Assembly (NCBI RefSeq): GCF_000009045.1
Contig: NC_000964.3
Span: forward strand, 4,170,001 to 4,202,000
Reading direction: 5' to 3'
Length of the DNA: 32,000 nucleotides
Source: Bacillus subtilis subsp. subtilis str. 168
GTDB taxonomy: Bacteria; Bacillota; Bacilli; Bacillales; Bacillaceae
In this document: piece by piece, positions 1-8,290 of the stretch
Numbering within the stretch: the stretch's first letter is position 1
Layout of the letters: every line of letters starts with the position of its first letter
Notes under the pieces: generated by a model
What the model was told of the DNA's origin: nothing
The model's input: only the letters and a program-made list of their open reading frames with translations
Databases searched by the model: none
Position numbers and translations under genes: made by a program

Positions 1-44
1 TGGTATTTAAAATTTGAATGGTTTTTCTATCAGGAGATCATGCT

Positions 45-1352
45 ATGACAGAGGAGGTTTTCATCATGAGTCAAGAGCGCGTGAAACGGCCTGGGCATAC
101 CAGATGGTACATATCTTCGTTACTTAGCGGCATTATTATTCTTAATTATTTTGACCGAGTGGCCATCTCGGTAGCGGCCCCTGCGATACAAGATTCGTTT
201 CACCTTACTGCAACTGAACTCGGCATCGTGTTTTCCATTTACACCTATTCCTATACACTGATGCAGCTGCCTGTCGGAAGTTTGCTGGACCGTTTTGGGG
301 TCGCATGGGTCACGAGGGTTGGAATGACAATATGGAGCTTTTTAACGATCCTTCTTGCTTTTTTGCAAGGAAAATTGCTGTTGTATCTGTTCCGGTTTCT
401 CATTGGGCTGACGAGCGCCTCTGCGTTCCCTGCTGCCTCTAAAGCAACCGCTCTCTGGTTTCCTCCAAGTGAGCGGGGATTGGCAAACTCACTGTTCGAT
501 TCGGCCGCCAAGTTTTCAAATGTAATCGGCGCGCCATTGGTCGCCTTTCTTGTCACAACATTTGACTGGCGTGTCGCTTTTTTGACGATTGGATGCATCA
601 ATGTGCTGTTTACGATCTTTTTCTGGCAGTATTATGAACAGCCTGAACGGCACAAACGCATTTCTAAAAGTGAACTAAACTATATTCAAAAACACAATGC
701 CATTACAACAGAGCAAATCCCTTACAAAACGGGCCCGCTTTTAAAAAAGCTTTTCACCAATCGAAAAGTATGGGGCTTAATGATCGGATTTACAGGGTAC
801 GGGTATACATTCAACCTGCTGCTCACCTGGCTTCCGACTTTCTTTAAACATACATACGGTATGGATCTCATGTCGTCCGGTTTATTTACGGCAGTGCCGT
901 GGCTGATCTCAACCATTTCCGGAATTGCCGTCGGCGGCTGGCTCGTCGATTATTTTATTAAGAAAGGCTATCCTAATACCAAGGTGTACCGAACCGTAAT
1001 CATAGTCGGAATGAGCTTTGGCTTTTTCTTTTTAGGATCCATTCTGACGAACAATATTACCGTAGCCATTATTTGCATTTCCATCGGACTCGCCGGAATT
1101 TCCGCAACCGCTCCGGTCGGCTGGTCCATCTCCGCAGAACTCGCGCCGATCGGTTCCGTATCCATGCTGAGCTCCATGGTGAATCTCGCAAACAACCTGT
1201 TCGGAGGCATTATTGCTGCGTCACTGACAGGGTATTTGTTTGATGTGACAGGCTCCTTTACCCTCAGCTTTCTGGTAGCTGGTTTTGTGCTGTTGCTGGG
1301 ATTGGTTTTTTATGTGTTTGTATTAGGGGATGTAAAACGAATTAAACTATAG
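45..1352 (+). CDS. yybO: MFS transporter, anion:cation symporter (hexuronate/galactonate-like) subfamily
   Basis: ORF 18-1352. ATG 45 follows GGAG (33-36); an alternative ATG 66 follows GAGGAGG (51-57). Multi-TM protein with motifs GSLLDRFG and LWFPPSERG typical of ACS-type MFS carriers. Confidence 0.9.
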   Translation: MTEEVFIMSQERVKRPGHTRWYISSLLSGIIILNYFDRVAISVAAPAIQDSFHLTATELGIVFSIYTYSYTLMQLPVGSLLDRFGVAWVTRVGMTIWSFLTILLAFLQGKLLLYLFRFLIGLTSASAFPAASKATALWFPPSERGLANSLFDSAAKFSNVIGAPLVAFLVTTFDWRVAFLTIGCINVLFTIFFWQYYEQPERHKRISKSELNYIQKHNAITTEQIPYKTGPLLKKLFTNRKVWGLMIGFTGYGYTFNLLLTWLPTFFKHTYGMDLMSSGLFTAVPWLISTISGIAVGGWLVDYFIKKGYPNTKVYRTVIIVGMSFGFFFLGSILTNNITVAIICISIGLAGISATAPVGWSISAELAPIGSVSMLSSMVNLANNLFGGIIAASLTGYLFDVTGSFTLSFLVAGFVLLLGLVFYVFVLGDVKRIKL

Positions 1353-1357
1353 AACAT

Positions 1358-1392
1358 GAAAAAGAGAGCTGCCAGTTGGCAGCTCTCCCTTT
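1358..1392. terminator. Hairpin terminator between yybO and the convergent minus-strand remnant
   Basis: 10-bp stem GAGAGCTGCC (1364-1373) / GGCAGCTCTC (1378-1387), loop AGTT. A-run on the left gives a T-run on the minus strand; the T-tract on the plus strand is weaker. Confidence 0.6.
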
Positions 1393-1395
1393 ACA

Positions 1396-1635
1396 TCAAA
1401 GAATCGGCCCGTCCCCATTTACCTTCTCCTCGTCCTGTTCCTCTATATCAAGCCCCGAAGCTAGCATTTCCTGCTCTATCTGTTCGAGCACCTGCTCGTT
1501 TTTTCCTTGAAGACCACCTTCATAATGAAAAGCATCCTGTGTGCCGTTTTCCTCTATTGTCGCTAAAATATCGTGGATATCATTATGGTCTCCTGAAATG
1601 GAGCCGAATCCCTGGTTTTGTTTTTTATAATTCAC
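1396..1635 (-). pseudogene. Orphan 3' end of an unknown gene (acidic C-terminal tail); probably a truncated remnant
   Basis: 79-codon ORF starting at GTG with no SD. Its frame stays open upstream to ~1680, where homology to yybH begins. The stop abuts a good minus-strand terminator. No family recognised. Confidence 0.35.
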
Positions 1636-1677
1636 AAAACCGCTGGGGAGGTTGTTTCCGAGGTTTACACATGATGC

Positions 1678-1793
1678 GCTCCGAGTAGTAATTCATCAGT
1701 GTATCAAAATCTTCATTTTGGATTGCCACATCACATGCAGAGATGATGTCTTTCAATTGCTGTTCCAAATGAATTCCCCTAATCATCATGATT
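1678..1793 (-). pseudogene. Duplicate of the yybH 5' end (RBS plus first ~35 codons), truncated
   Basis: 1689-1808 aligns to 8067-8186 with ~4 mismatches in ~120 bp. It translates [37 protein letters not shown], then diverges and stops (...RFCEL*). Confidence 0.75.
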
Positions 1794-1853
1794 GGATATA
1801 TTATACAATGTTTGACACGTAGGGATCCTTTTCATTTTTGTTTTTACGGTTTC

Positions 1854-2090
1854 GCTGGTCCATTTCCGCAGAGCTGGCGCCGATCGGTTCCGTATCCATG
1901 CTGAGCTCCATGGTAAATCTGGCAAACAACCTGTTCGAAGGCATTATTGCGGCTTCATTGACGGGGTATTTTGTTTGATGTGACAAGGCTCCTTTACGCT
2001 CAGCTTTCTGGTAGCCAGTTTTGTTCTGCTGCTTGGATTGGTTTTTTACGTGTTTGTCTTAGGGGATGTAAAACGAATTAAGCGGGAATA
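1854..2090 (+). pseudogene. Decayed copy 2 of the yybO 3' end
   Basis: Aligns to 1120-1352 at roughly 88-90% identity by eye, with small insertions that break the frame (TATTTTGTTTG, GACAAGGCTCC). Ends ...AAACGAATTAAGCGGGAATAA. Confidence 0.85.
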
Positions 2091-2096
2091 AAGAGT

Positions 2097-2135
2097 GCTT
2101 GTAGAGAAAACGTTGTTCTTTCTACAAGCTTTTTA
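2097..2135 (+). terminator. Rho-independent terminator after yybO copy 2
   Basis: Stem GCTTGTAGA (2097-2105) / TCTACAAGC (2121-2129) followed by TTTTT (2130-2134). Confidence 0.6.
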
Positions 2136-2166
2136 GTTTTGTGCTGTTTTTCAAGATATTCAGCTG

Positions 2167-2785
2167 TCATAAAAAGAAAATGAGCTCCCACATACCGGCT
2201 AGGTATGTGGCGTTCTTCTTCATGTTCTGGCATGCAGCTGTGAGGAGGATTTGTTTGCTCACCCCCTGAACCTGCGATAGCTAAGCCCGTGCAGTTGTTT
2301 TGAACCTACAAAGCTTCGTTCTATTTTTTCTTTTCTTTTTTTAGAGATTTCCTGAAATAGAAAAGCAATCTTTTCTAACCTTTTCTTTATGGTTTTGCCA
2401 TACATACCGAGTAACGACTTTCTGGCGTTTCGTTGATTTTGTGTAATATTCTCAAACATATTTCAGGATTTGATTTATATGACCGATAGTCTTTGCGATC
2501 AATTGTTGAGTACGTAAGTGTATGCTGATTCAACAAATGTATCTGTATTGTTCACTTTATAATGAAATTTCCATTTTGGAAGCAAACCCCTGACTGGGTG
2601 ATAACGTCTATGTGCGATGGCACCAAAAACTTGGAGGTCAAATAGTCCTTTAGAGATGAGAGTTGTTAAGTAGCCGGAATCTAGAGCGACGGCTTCTACT
2701 TGAAAATCAAATCATGCAATTTAGTGATCCAATCGGTCAAGGTAGGGCTTGGAACAGAATCATGGACTTTTCTGGAGTTGCAAAC
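2167..2785 (-). mobile_element. Degenerate C-terminal half of a DDE transposase (IS1182/IS5-superfamily type), multiple frameshifts and stops
   Basis: Minus-strand translations in shifting frames: VHDSVPSPTLTDWITKLHDLIFK; FQVEAVALDSGYLTTLISKGLFDLQVFGAIAHRRYHPVRGLLPKWKFHYK; KKRKEKIERSFVGSKQLHGLSYRRFRG; VSKQILLTAACQNMKKNATYLAGMWELIFFL*. The D(A/S)GY and ...HG.RY.R.RG...LLTA.CQN.KK tail is the hallmark I recall for this transposase group. Confidence 0.7.
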
Positions 2786-2889
2786 TATTAATCGTCCTCA
2801 TTAAATTTATAATAAAAATATTCTCAATTGAGCAAATCGCCCACCCTTTTTCCTTTATAACATAAAATCCAATACTATCAATAAAATTC

Positions 2890-2918
2890 TTTACAGGTTA
2901 TTACAGTTAAGATATAAT
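2890..2918 (+). promoter_or_regulatory. Candidate sigmaA promoter upstream of the yybN operon
   Basis: TTTACA (2890-2895), 17-nt spacer, TATAAT (2913-2918). This would give a ~190-nt leader before the yybN ATG. Confidence 0.5.
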
Positions 2919-3113
2919 ATAGTTAATCTTTTACGTAAAAGGAGGTTTTTATTACTTGTGTTGAAGTTTTAAATAGGAGTAACTCCATCTCCCCATTACG
3001 GTCTTCATTTAATTTCATCCTGAGTTTTATTTAGTTAGATATAAAAACGAAAATTTCACATTATTTTTAACTAACCGATAGTATAAAATATATATTGAAA
3101 GGATTGTAAAATT

Positions 3114-3551
3114 ATGAATAAATTCCTGAAGAGCAATTTCCGTTTCCTTCTTGCGGCTGCTTTAGGCATATCATTACTTGCTAGTAGTAATTTTATAAAA
3201 GCCAGCAATGATAACTATAAATTCCATTTACTTGTACCTTATGGCTATGGTAATGCCTATTCAAATGATGCATTTAGACAGACCACTCATACAGATAATC
3301 CTTGGAAAGTAAATTTACAGAAATCGGCAGAAGGTAAAGGTACAATCATGACATTTTGGTTGATTAACACAGGGAATAGTAAAATTCCAAAAGCTTCTAA
3401 AATACATAACGTAAAACAAGGAAGCGGAGCTCATTATTATCATGCAAATAGCCAGGGAAGCCATACATATGTAGCCTTAGCAGTTGAAAACAACAATTAC
3501 AGTGCAAGTTCTTATGGTATAGATGGTGTATGGGATGAAGAAACTTGGTAA
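3114..3551 (+). CDS. yybN: Small secreted protein of unknown function (Sec signal peptide, no lipobox)
   Basis: N-terminus [30 protein letters not shown]|SN (basic n-region, hydrophobic core, AXA-like site). Mature part is rich in N/S/Y/H/G/W. AAAGGA lies 10 nt upstream of the ATG. Confidence 0.85.
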
Positions 3552-3603
3552 ACAAGAACCTTCTAAAAACGTTGGCACCTTTTAGCCACGCGAAAAAATT
3601 TAG

Positions 3604-3640
3604 AATGATAATCTTTTTATAAGATTATCATTTTTATTTA
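3604..3640 (+). terminator. AT-rich hairpin terminator or attenuator after yybN
   Basis: 12-bp stem AATGATAATCTT (3604-3615) / AAGATTATCATT (3621-3632) followed by TTTTTATTT. Confidence 0.55.
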
Positions 3641-3664
3641 TTCTATTAAGAATTGAGTGAGAAC

Positions 3665-4420
3665 ATGGAAAGTCATATTTATCGCATTATCAAAAATAAA
3701 TTAACTATAATAATATTTACTATAATCATATTAATTCCTTGTGTTGATATATCACTATTGTTAATGACTAACACAGAATACCATCCTGCATATGCGTTTT
3801 TCCTTTCTGGCACTTCCGTAGGGCATGCTTCACAAATGATCCTATTATGGTTTCTTCCGCTTTATTTTTTGTTACTATGTGCTGACGATTCTATACAAGA
3901 TTATAAAACAGGATATCATTACATTCTTATAAGCAAAGTTGGCAGAAAAAAATATTGTTTGGAAAAAATATTTACCTCTTTTATCATTTCATTTTTGACA
4001 ATGTTTTTGTCACTAATATTAAACTTTTTATTGGTTCAGGTTTTCTTTTTTAAAGGTACATTTAAAAATGACTTAGACCAAATTAAATTCCCTGATAACA
4101 GCCTTTATACTTTTAGTATGGCCCATCCTTATATAGCAATTGTGTTATTTTCTATTATTTGTTGTATTATGTCTGGATTTGTTGGAGCACTTGGTTCAAG
4201 CCTCAGTTTACTTTTTCGTGATAAGAAGTATGCCTACCCAGCAAGTTTTTTTATTTGGTTCGTACTTATACTAAAAAACAAATCATTAATGTTTTTATTC
4301 CAACCGTTTACAGAATACGGTTATAATGTACTTCTCCCTATCCTATGTTTGTCTATCTTTATTTTTCTAATAATAATTTCTAGTATTGTTTTATATGAGG
4401 CAAAATACAATGAAAATTAA
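3665..4420 (+). CDS. yybM: Polytopic membrane protein, ABC-2 / lantibiotic-immunity-like permease subunit
   Basis: ORF 3653-4420; first ATG at 3665. About 6 predicted TM segments. Its end overlaps the yybL start. Confidence 0.85.
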
Positions 4421-5120
4421 AAGACTACTATTAATTTTATGTTTACTACTATTTTTAGTTACTTTATGGTTCAACCAGAACCACACTTATCTTGGAAAGA
4501 ATTCTATCGCGTCATTACTATATATGAATAATAGTACATTCGGATATAGTTCAATATTTGCATATACCTTGTTTTATATTGTCCCGTTTCTTATGTTACT
4601 TAGTAACTTTTTTCATTCAGAAAACCCCTACAAAGTAATGAGGATGGTTAAGCGTAAAAATTACTACAAGTCTAAAATTATGGAGATTGGGTTTGTTTCT
4701 TTACTTTTTTCTTCAATACATACTGTTATTAATATTACGTGTACACATATTTTCTTTAGTAAAAACTTGTTGGTCGAAGCAAACTTTTTATCAATTTGTT
4801 TATTAAACATGATTAGTTTAGTGTTTTTCTACTTATCAGTAGGTATTATGTTTAGACTTACATACGATCTGTTTAATTCAGTAGCATTAGCAATTTTTAT
4901 TGTGTATATAATTTTAGATAGCTTGTATTTCGGCGTTAAATTATTACTTCCTAATGGATATTGGGAACCCTTTAGAGACTTGGCTATATTCACAAATATG
5001 CTCAATAGATATTGGTCAACTTCAAATCTTATAATAGTTTATATTAGACAGATAATAATAGTTTTTATTTTTTATTTAGTTGGATCTTCAATTTTTTTGA
5101 ATAAGGATTATAAAAAATGA
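4410..5120 (+). CDS. yybL: Polytopic membrane protein, ABC-2-like permease subunit
   Basis: ORF 4386-5120. ATG 4410 is preceded by GAGG (4397-4400) and overlaps the yybM stop (4418-4420). Multi-TM. Confidence 0.85.
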
Positions 5121-5872
5121 GGATTAAAGGCTTTTTCATAACTTTAGTTGCGATAATATTTCAGGCGTCATTATCGAGTTATAATAATAATAAAAATGTC
5201 TTTCCTTTTTTAGATGGCATACCAATAAGCACCTCGGGTCATTATGAGTATCAAAATATTTTATTGTGGTTTGTACCTATTGTTTCCCTAAGTTTTTGTT
5301 TCTCTGGGAGTATTAGAGATACATACATTTCGTATGAGCAATTAAAGTTAGTAAGAGAACATAGTAGAGTTAAATGGGTAACATCTCAATTCTTAATAAT
5401 TACAGTTGTACTTTTAATCTTTACTTTATCTCAGATTGCTATATTTTATATTTATTCACTTGTATCTCTTCATAACCTTGATATTAATTCCGTTATCAAT
5501 AAAAGATTTGTTATGATGACACTCATGTATTATCTAACCTTACTTAACTTATTTAGTTTTCAATTATTTATGGAGCTTTATTATAAATCTCAAATAGCAC
5601 AATTAAATATAAGCGTTTATATTATTTTTTCGTTAATTTTAGCAAAGAAGTTAGTGCAATTAAATTCTCCGAAAGTTATTCACTACTTTTTAATTCCAAA
5701 CTACAGTAATGGATTAAGAACTGGGTTAAGCTATTATTCCCAATCTGGAACTGCTATTATTGAACCATTATTAGGTTTGTTTATTATAATCATTTTACAG
5801 ATTTCAATAGTTATATTATCTGTCTTAAAGTTCAAAAAAATAGATATGCTAAAAAGTGAGGGCTTACAATGA
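5117..5872 (+). CDS. yybK: Polytopic membrane protein, ABC-2-like permease subunit
   Basis: ATGA start/stop overlap with yybL (5117-5120). Multi-TM. Confidence 0.85.
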
Positions 5873-6525
5873 TTGAGGTATTAAACCTAACAAAAAAAAT
5901 TAAAAAGACTACAGTTTTAGATAATATCTCTTATACATTTGAAAAAGGAACAATTTATGGACTATTTGGGAGTAATGGTTCTGGAAAGACCATGCTACTT
6001 CGTGCATTATCCGGGTTAATAGTCCCTACTGAAGGGAGTATAACTATTAAAGGTGAACAATTACATAAAGATATCTCTTTTCCTAAAAGTGTAGGATTAA
6101 TTATAGAAAATATGCAGTTACTTCCTCAGTATGATGCTTTTACTAACCTTAAAATTTTGTCAAAAATTAAAAAGATCGCATCAGATAATGATATATTAGA
6201 TTCTATTAGTAGAGTTGGTTTGGAAAATTTTAATAGTGTAAAGGTTAGTAAATTCTCGTTAGGAATGAAACAACGATTAAATATTGCACAGGCTATTTTT
6301 GAAAAACCTGATATATTGCTACTTGATGAACCAACAAATGCGATTGATGAAAAAGGAGTTGCATTTGTTCATGACATTCTTTTACAAGAGAAAAAAAGGG
6401 GAGCTACCATTATTATTACTAGTCATCACAAGGAAGATATTATATCTTTATGTGACATTGCATTAGAAATGAATCATGGACGTCTAGAAACTTCAGAAAA
6501 AGTAATATATAAGAAAGATAGTTAG
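5869..6525 (+). CDS. yybJ: ABC transporter ATP-binding protein
   Basis: Walker A GSNGSGKT, signature FSLGMKQR, Walker B ILLLDEP, H-loop TSHH. ATGA overlap with yybK; GAGGG RBS. Confidence 0.95.
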   Translation: MIEVLNLTKKIKKTTVLDNISYTFEKGTIYGLFGSNGSGKTMLLRALSGLIVPTEGSITIKGEQLHKDISFPKSVGLIIENMQLLPQYDAFTNLKILSKIKKIASDNDILDSISRVGLENFNSVKVSKFSLGMKQRLNIAQAIFEKPDILLLDEPTNAIDEKGVAFVHDILLQEKKRGATIIITSHHKEDIISLCDIALEMNHGRLETSEKVIYKKDS

Positions 6526-6680
6526 TTTAAACTGGCTATTTCTTATCCAATGATAGACTGCAGACAAGTTCAACTGCTGTAATGCTAGAAAATCCAATGA
6601 AATGCTGATAATTGCGAAGAGATATGATCAGTCAGAAAACAAATCTTAAAAAGAAAAAGTAAATTCATCAATATTTCTAA

Positions 6681-6854
6681 TAAACCTGGCAAACAACCTG
6701 TTCGGAGGCATTATAGCTACTTCACTGACGGGATATTTATTTGATGTGACAGGCTCCTTACGCTCAGCTTTCTGGTGCCGGTTTTGTGTTGTTGCTGGGA
6801 TTGGTTTTTTATGTGTTTGTATTAGGGGATGTAAAACGAATTAAACTGGAATAA
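6681..6854 (+). pseudogene. Decayed copy 3 of the yybO 3' end
   Basis: Aligns to ~1181-1352 and to 1914-2090. Two single-base deletions break the frame. Ends AAACGAATTAAACTGGAATAA, sharing the GAATAAAGAGTGCTTG tail with copy 2. Confidence 0.85.
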
Positions 6855-6884
6855 AGAGTGCTTGCTGAAAAGCACTCTTTTTCT
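6853..6884. terminator. Bidirectional terminator (yybO copy 3 / yybI)
   Basis: 11-bp stem AAAGAGTGCTT (6853-6863) / AAGCACTCTTT (6870-6880), with T-runs on both strands. Confidence 0.7.
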
Positions 6885-6899
6885 GCATCGAAAGAATAC

Positions 6900-7688
6900 T
6901 TAAGATAAGTCACTCCCAAAAATCGTAACAGTCTGACGGTTAAACATAAACCTCTGCCCGTTCCATTTTAATACGGTTTGAACATATCCCAATGAGTCGG
7001 CGTTATACCTTCCCGCTATCCGCTGGTACGCCAATAATTCGTATACGCCGTCTCTGTCAAAATCAACCGGATACAAGCCCGATAAAGGATTCACCCATCC
7101 TTCTATCGGCATTTTTAACACACCTTGGCTGTTATAAATCTCATTCAAATATTCCCTGCCCTTGTAAGTAAGGTCGAGGATATACGTTTCGTTTTGCTGA
7201 TGACTGATAACGCTCGCTTTATATTGATTTTGATACCTCACACTGTACTTTAATTCATCATTCAATACATCTGAATTGAAAATTCGCCGGAACTGCCTGT
7301 TTAGATAGGCAAACACATATGCATAAATAGCACCGCCGCTTCCCCCTGTGTCCATTACTACTGCCACATCCTCAATCTTGTCGCCTGTCATATCCCCCAG
7401 AAAAAGTGACGGATTGTATCCCATATTGTTTTGAAGCTGAATCCGCTGCTCCTGATGGGTTCTGCCATCACGGATCACCAATGTGATATTTCTCCATAAC
7501 GGGCTGCCGGGCATTTGATTTCCAGTTAGAAAGACCTCGTCAATAACGCCGTCTCCCGTTACATCGCCGCGGGTAGATACAATGATTGCACGTGAGGAGA
7601 CAGGCTGCCGAAATACGTATGGATGTTGAACAAGTCCTCTGCCTTCATAAAACCAATAAGGAGCCATTCTGATGTCATACACATTCAA
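6900..7688 (-). CDS. yybI: Protein with FG-GAP/VCBS-like Asp-Gly repeats (recalled as a spore-coat-associated protein)
   Basis: ORF 6900-7697. TTG at 7688 lies 6 nt after GGAAGGTG. Repeats DVTGDGVIDEVFL, GDMTGDKIEDVAVV, DFDRDGVYELLAY. Confidence 0.85.
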   Translation of the reverse strand: MNVYDIRMAPYWFYEGRGLVQHPYVFRQPVSSRAIIVSTRGDVTGDGVIDEVFLTGNQMPGSPLWRNITLVIRDGRTHQEQRIQLQNNMGYNPSLFLGDMTGDKIEDVAVVMDTGGSGGAIYAYVFAYLNRQFRRIFNSDVLNDELKYSVRYQNQYKASVISHQQNETYILDLTYKGREYLNEIYNSQGVLKMPIEGWVNPLSGLYPVDFDRDGVYELLAYQRIAGRYNADSLGYVQTVLKWNGQRFMFNRQTVTIFGSDLS

Positions 7689-7755
7689 TTGTGTCACCTT
7701 CCCTAATCAGCTGAATGAATCATTATATGCAGGAATGGCACATCAAAGACATATC

Positions 7756-8145
7756 TTACACACCAATTAAATCCGTACCATATGAATTATCAATTACACA
7801 AAGCCACTCGCCTTGCGCATTCTTTTTAAATACATAGGTCGCCCTTCTTTCCATCGCATACTCGGAGTCCTTTTTATCCGAATCAAGCAGTGTCTGAGAA
7901 AGAACGAGTACCGTGTCACCTGCTTCCAACAGGATCATTTTCCCTTGTGTCGGGACAATATGATGATTGAAATAGTTCGCAATCGTGATAAACGCTTTTT
8001 TGATTTCTTCCTTGCCTCGCGCGATCATGCCCGGCTTCACAACTAAAACGGCATCTTCCGAATAATAATTCATCAGTGTATCAAAATCTTCATTTTGGAT
8101 TGCCAAATCACACGCAGAGATGATGTCTTTCAATTGCTGTTCCAA
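7756..8145 (-). CDS. yybH: NTF2-like (SnoaL/DUF4440-type) small protein
   Basis: ORF 7756-8166. TTG at 8145 is preceded by GGGGGA. About 130 aa alpha+beta cone-type sequence. Family call is from memory. Confidence 0.8.
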
Positions 8146-8290
8146 ATGAATTCCCCCAATCATCATGATTGGATATATTATACATCGCTAGACCACTGAA
8201 ACCTTGAAAACAAAATGAAAAGTATCCTTTTTTCCTATATAATCAAATAGATATATTTAACAAAGTACCCAAGTGAAGGGGTGAACATTA

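Noticed and set aside
251-1210. Minus-strand ORFs 251-601, 722-916 and 968-1210 inside yybO
   Set aside because: They are antisense shadow ORFs fully inside a well-supported MFS gene, with no RBS and low-complexity composition.
1356-1688. Plus-strand 110-aa ORF after yybO
   Set aside because: It starts inside the terminator hairpin, has no SD, and is antisense to the remnant whose stop and terminator geometry fits better. Its composition (P/R/L-rich) looks like a non-coding frame.
1801-1986. Minus-strand 61-aa ORF
   Set aside because: It is the antisense shadow of yybO copy 2. The same antisense frame (NRLFARFTMELSMDTEPIGASSAEMDQ) appears opposite the intact yybO, so it is a by-product of the repeat.
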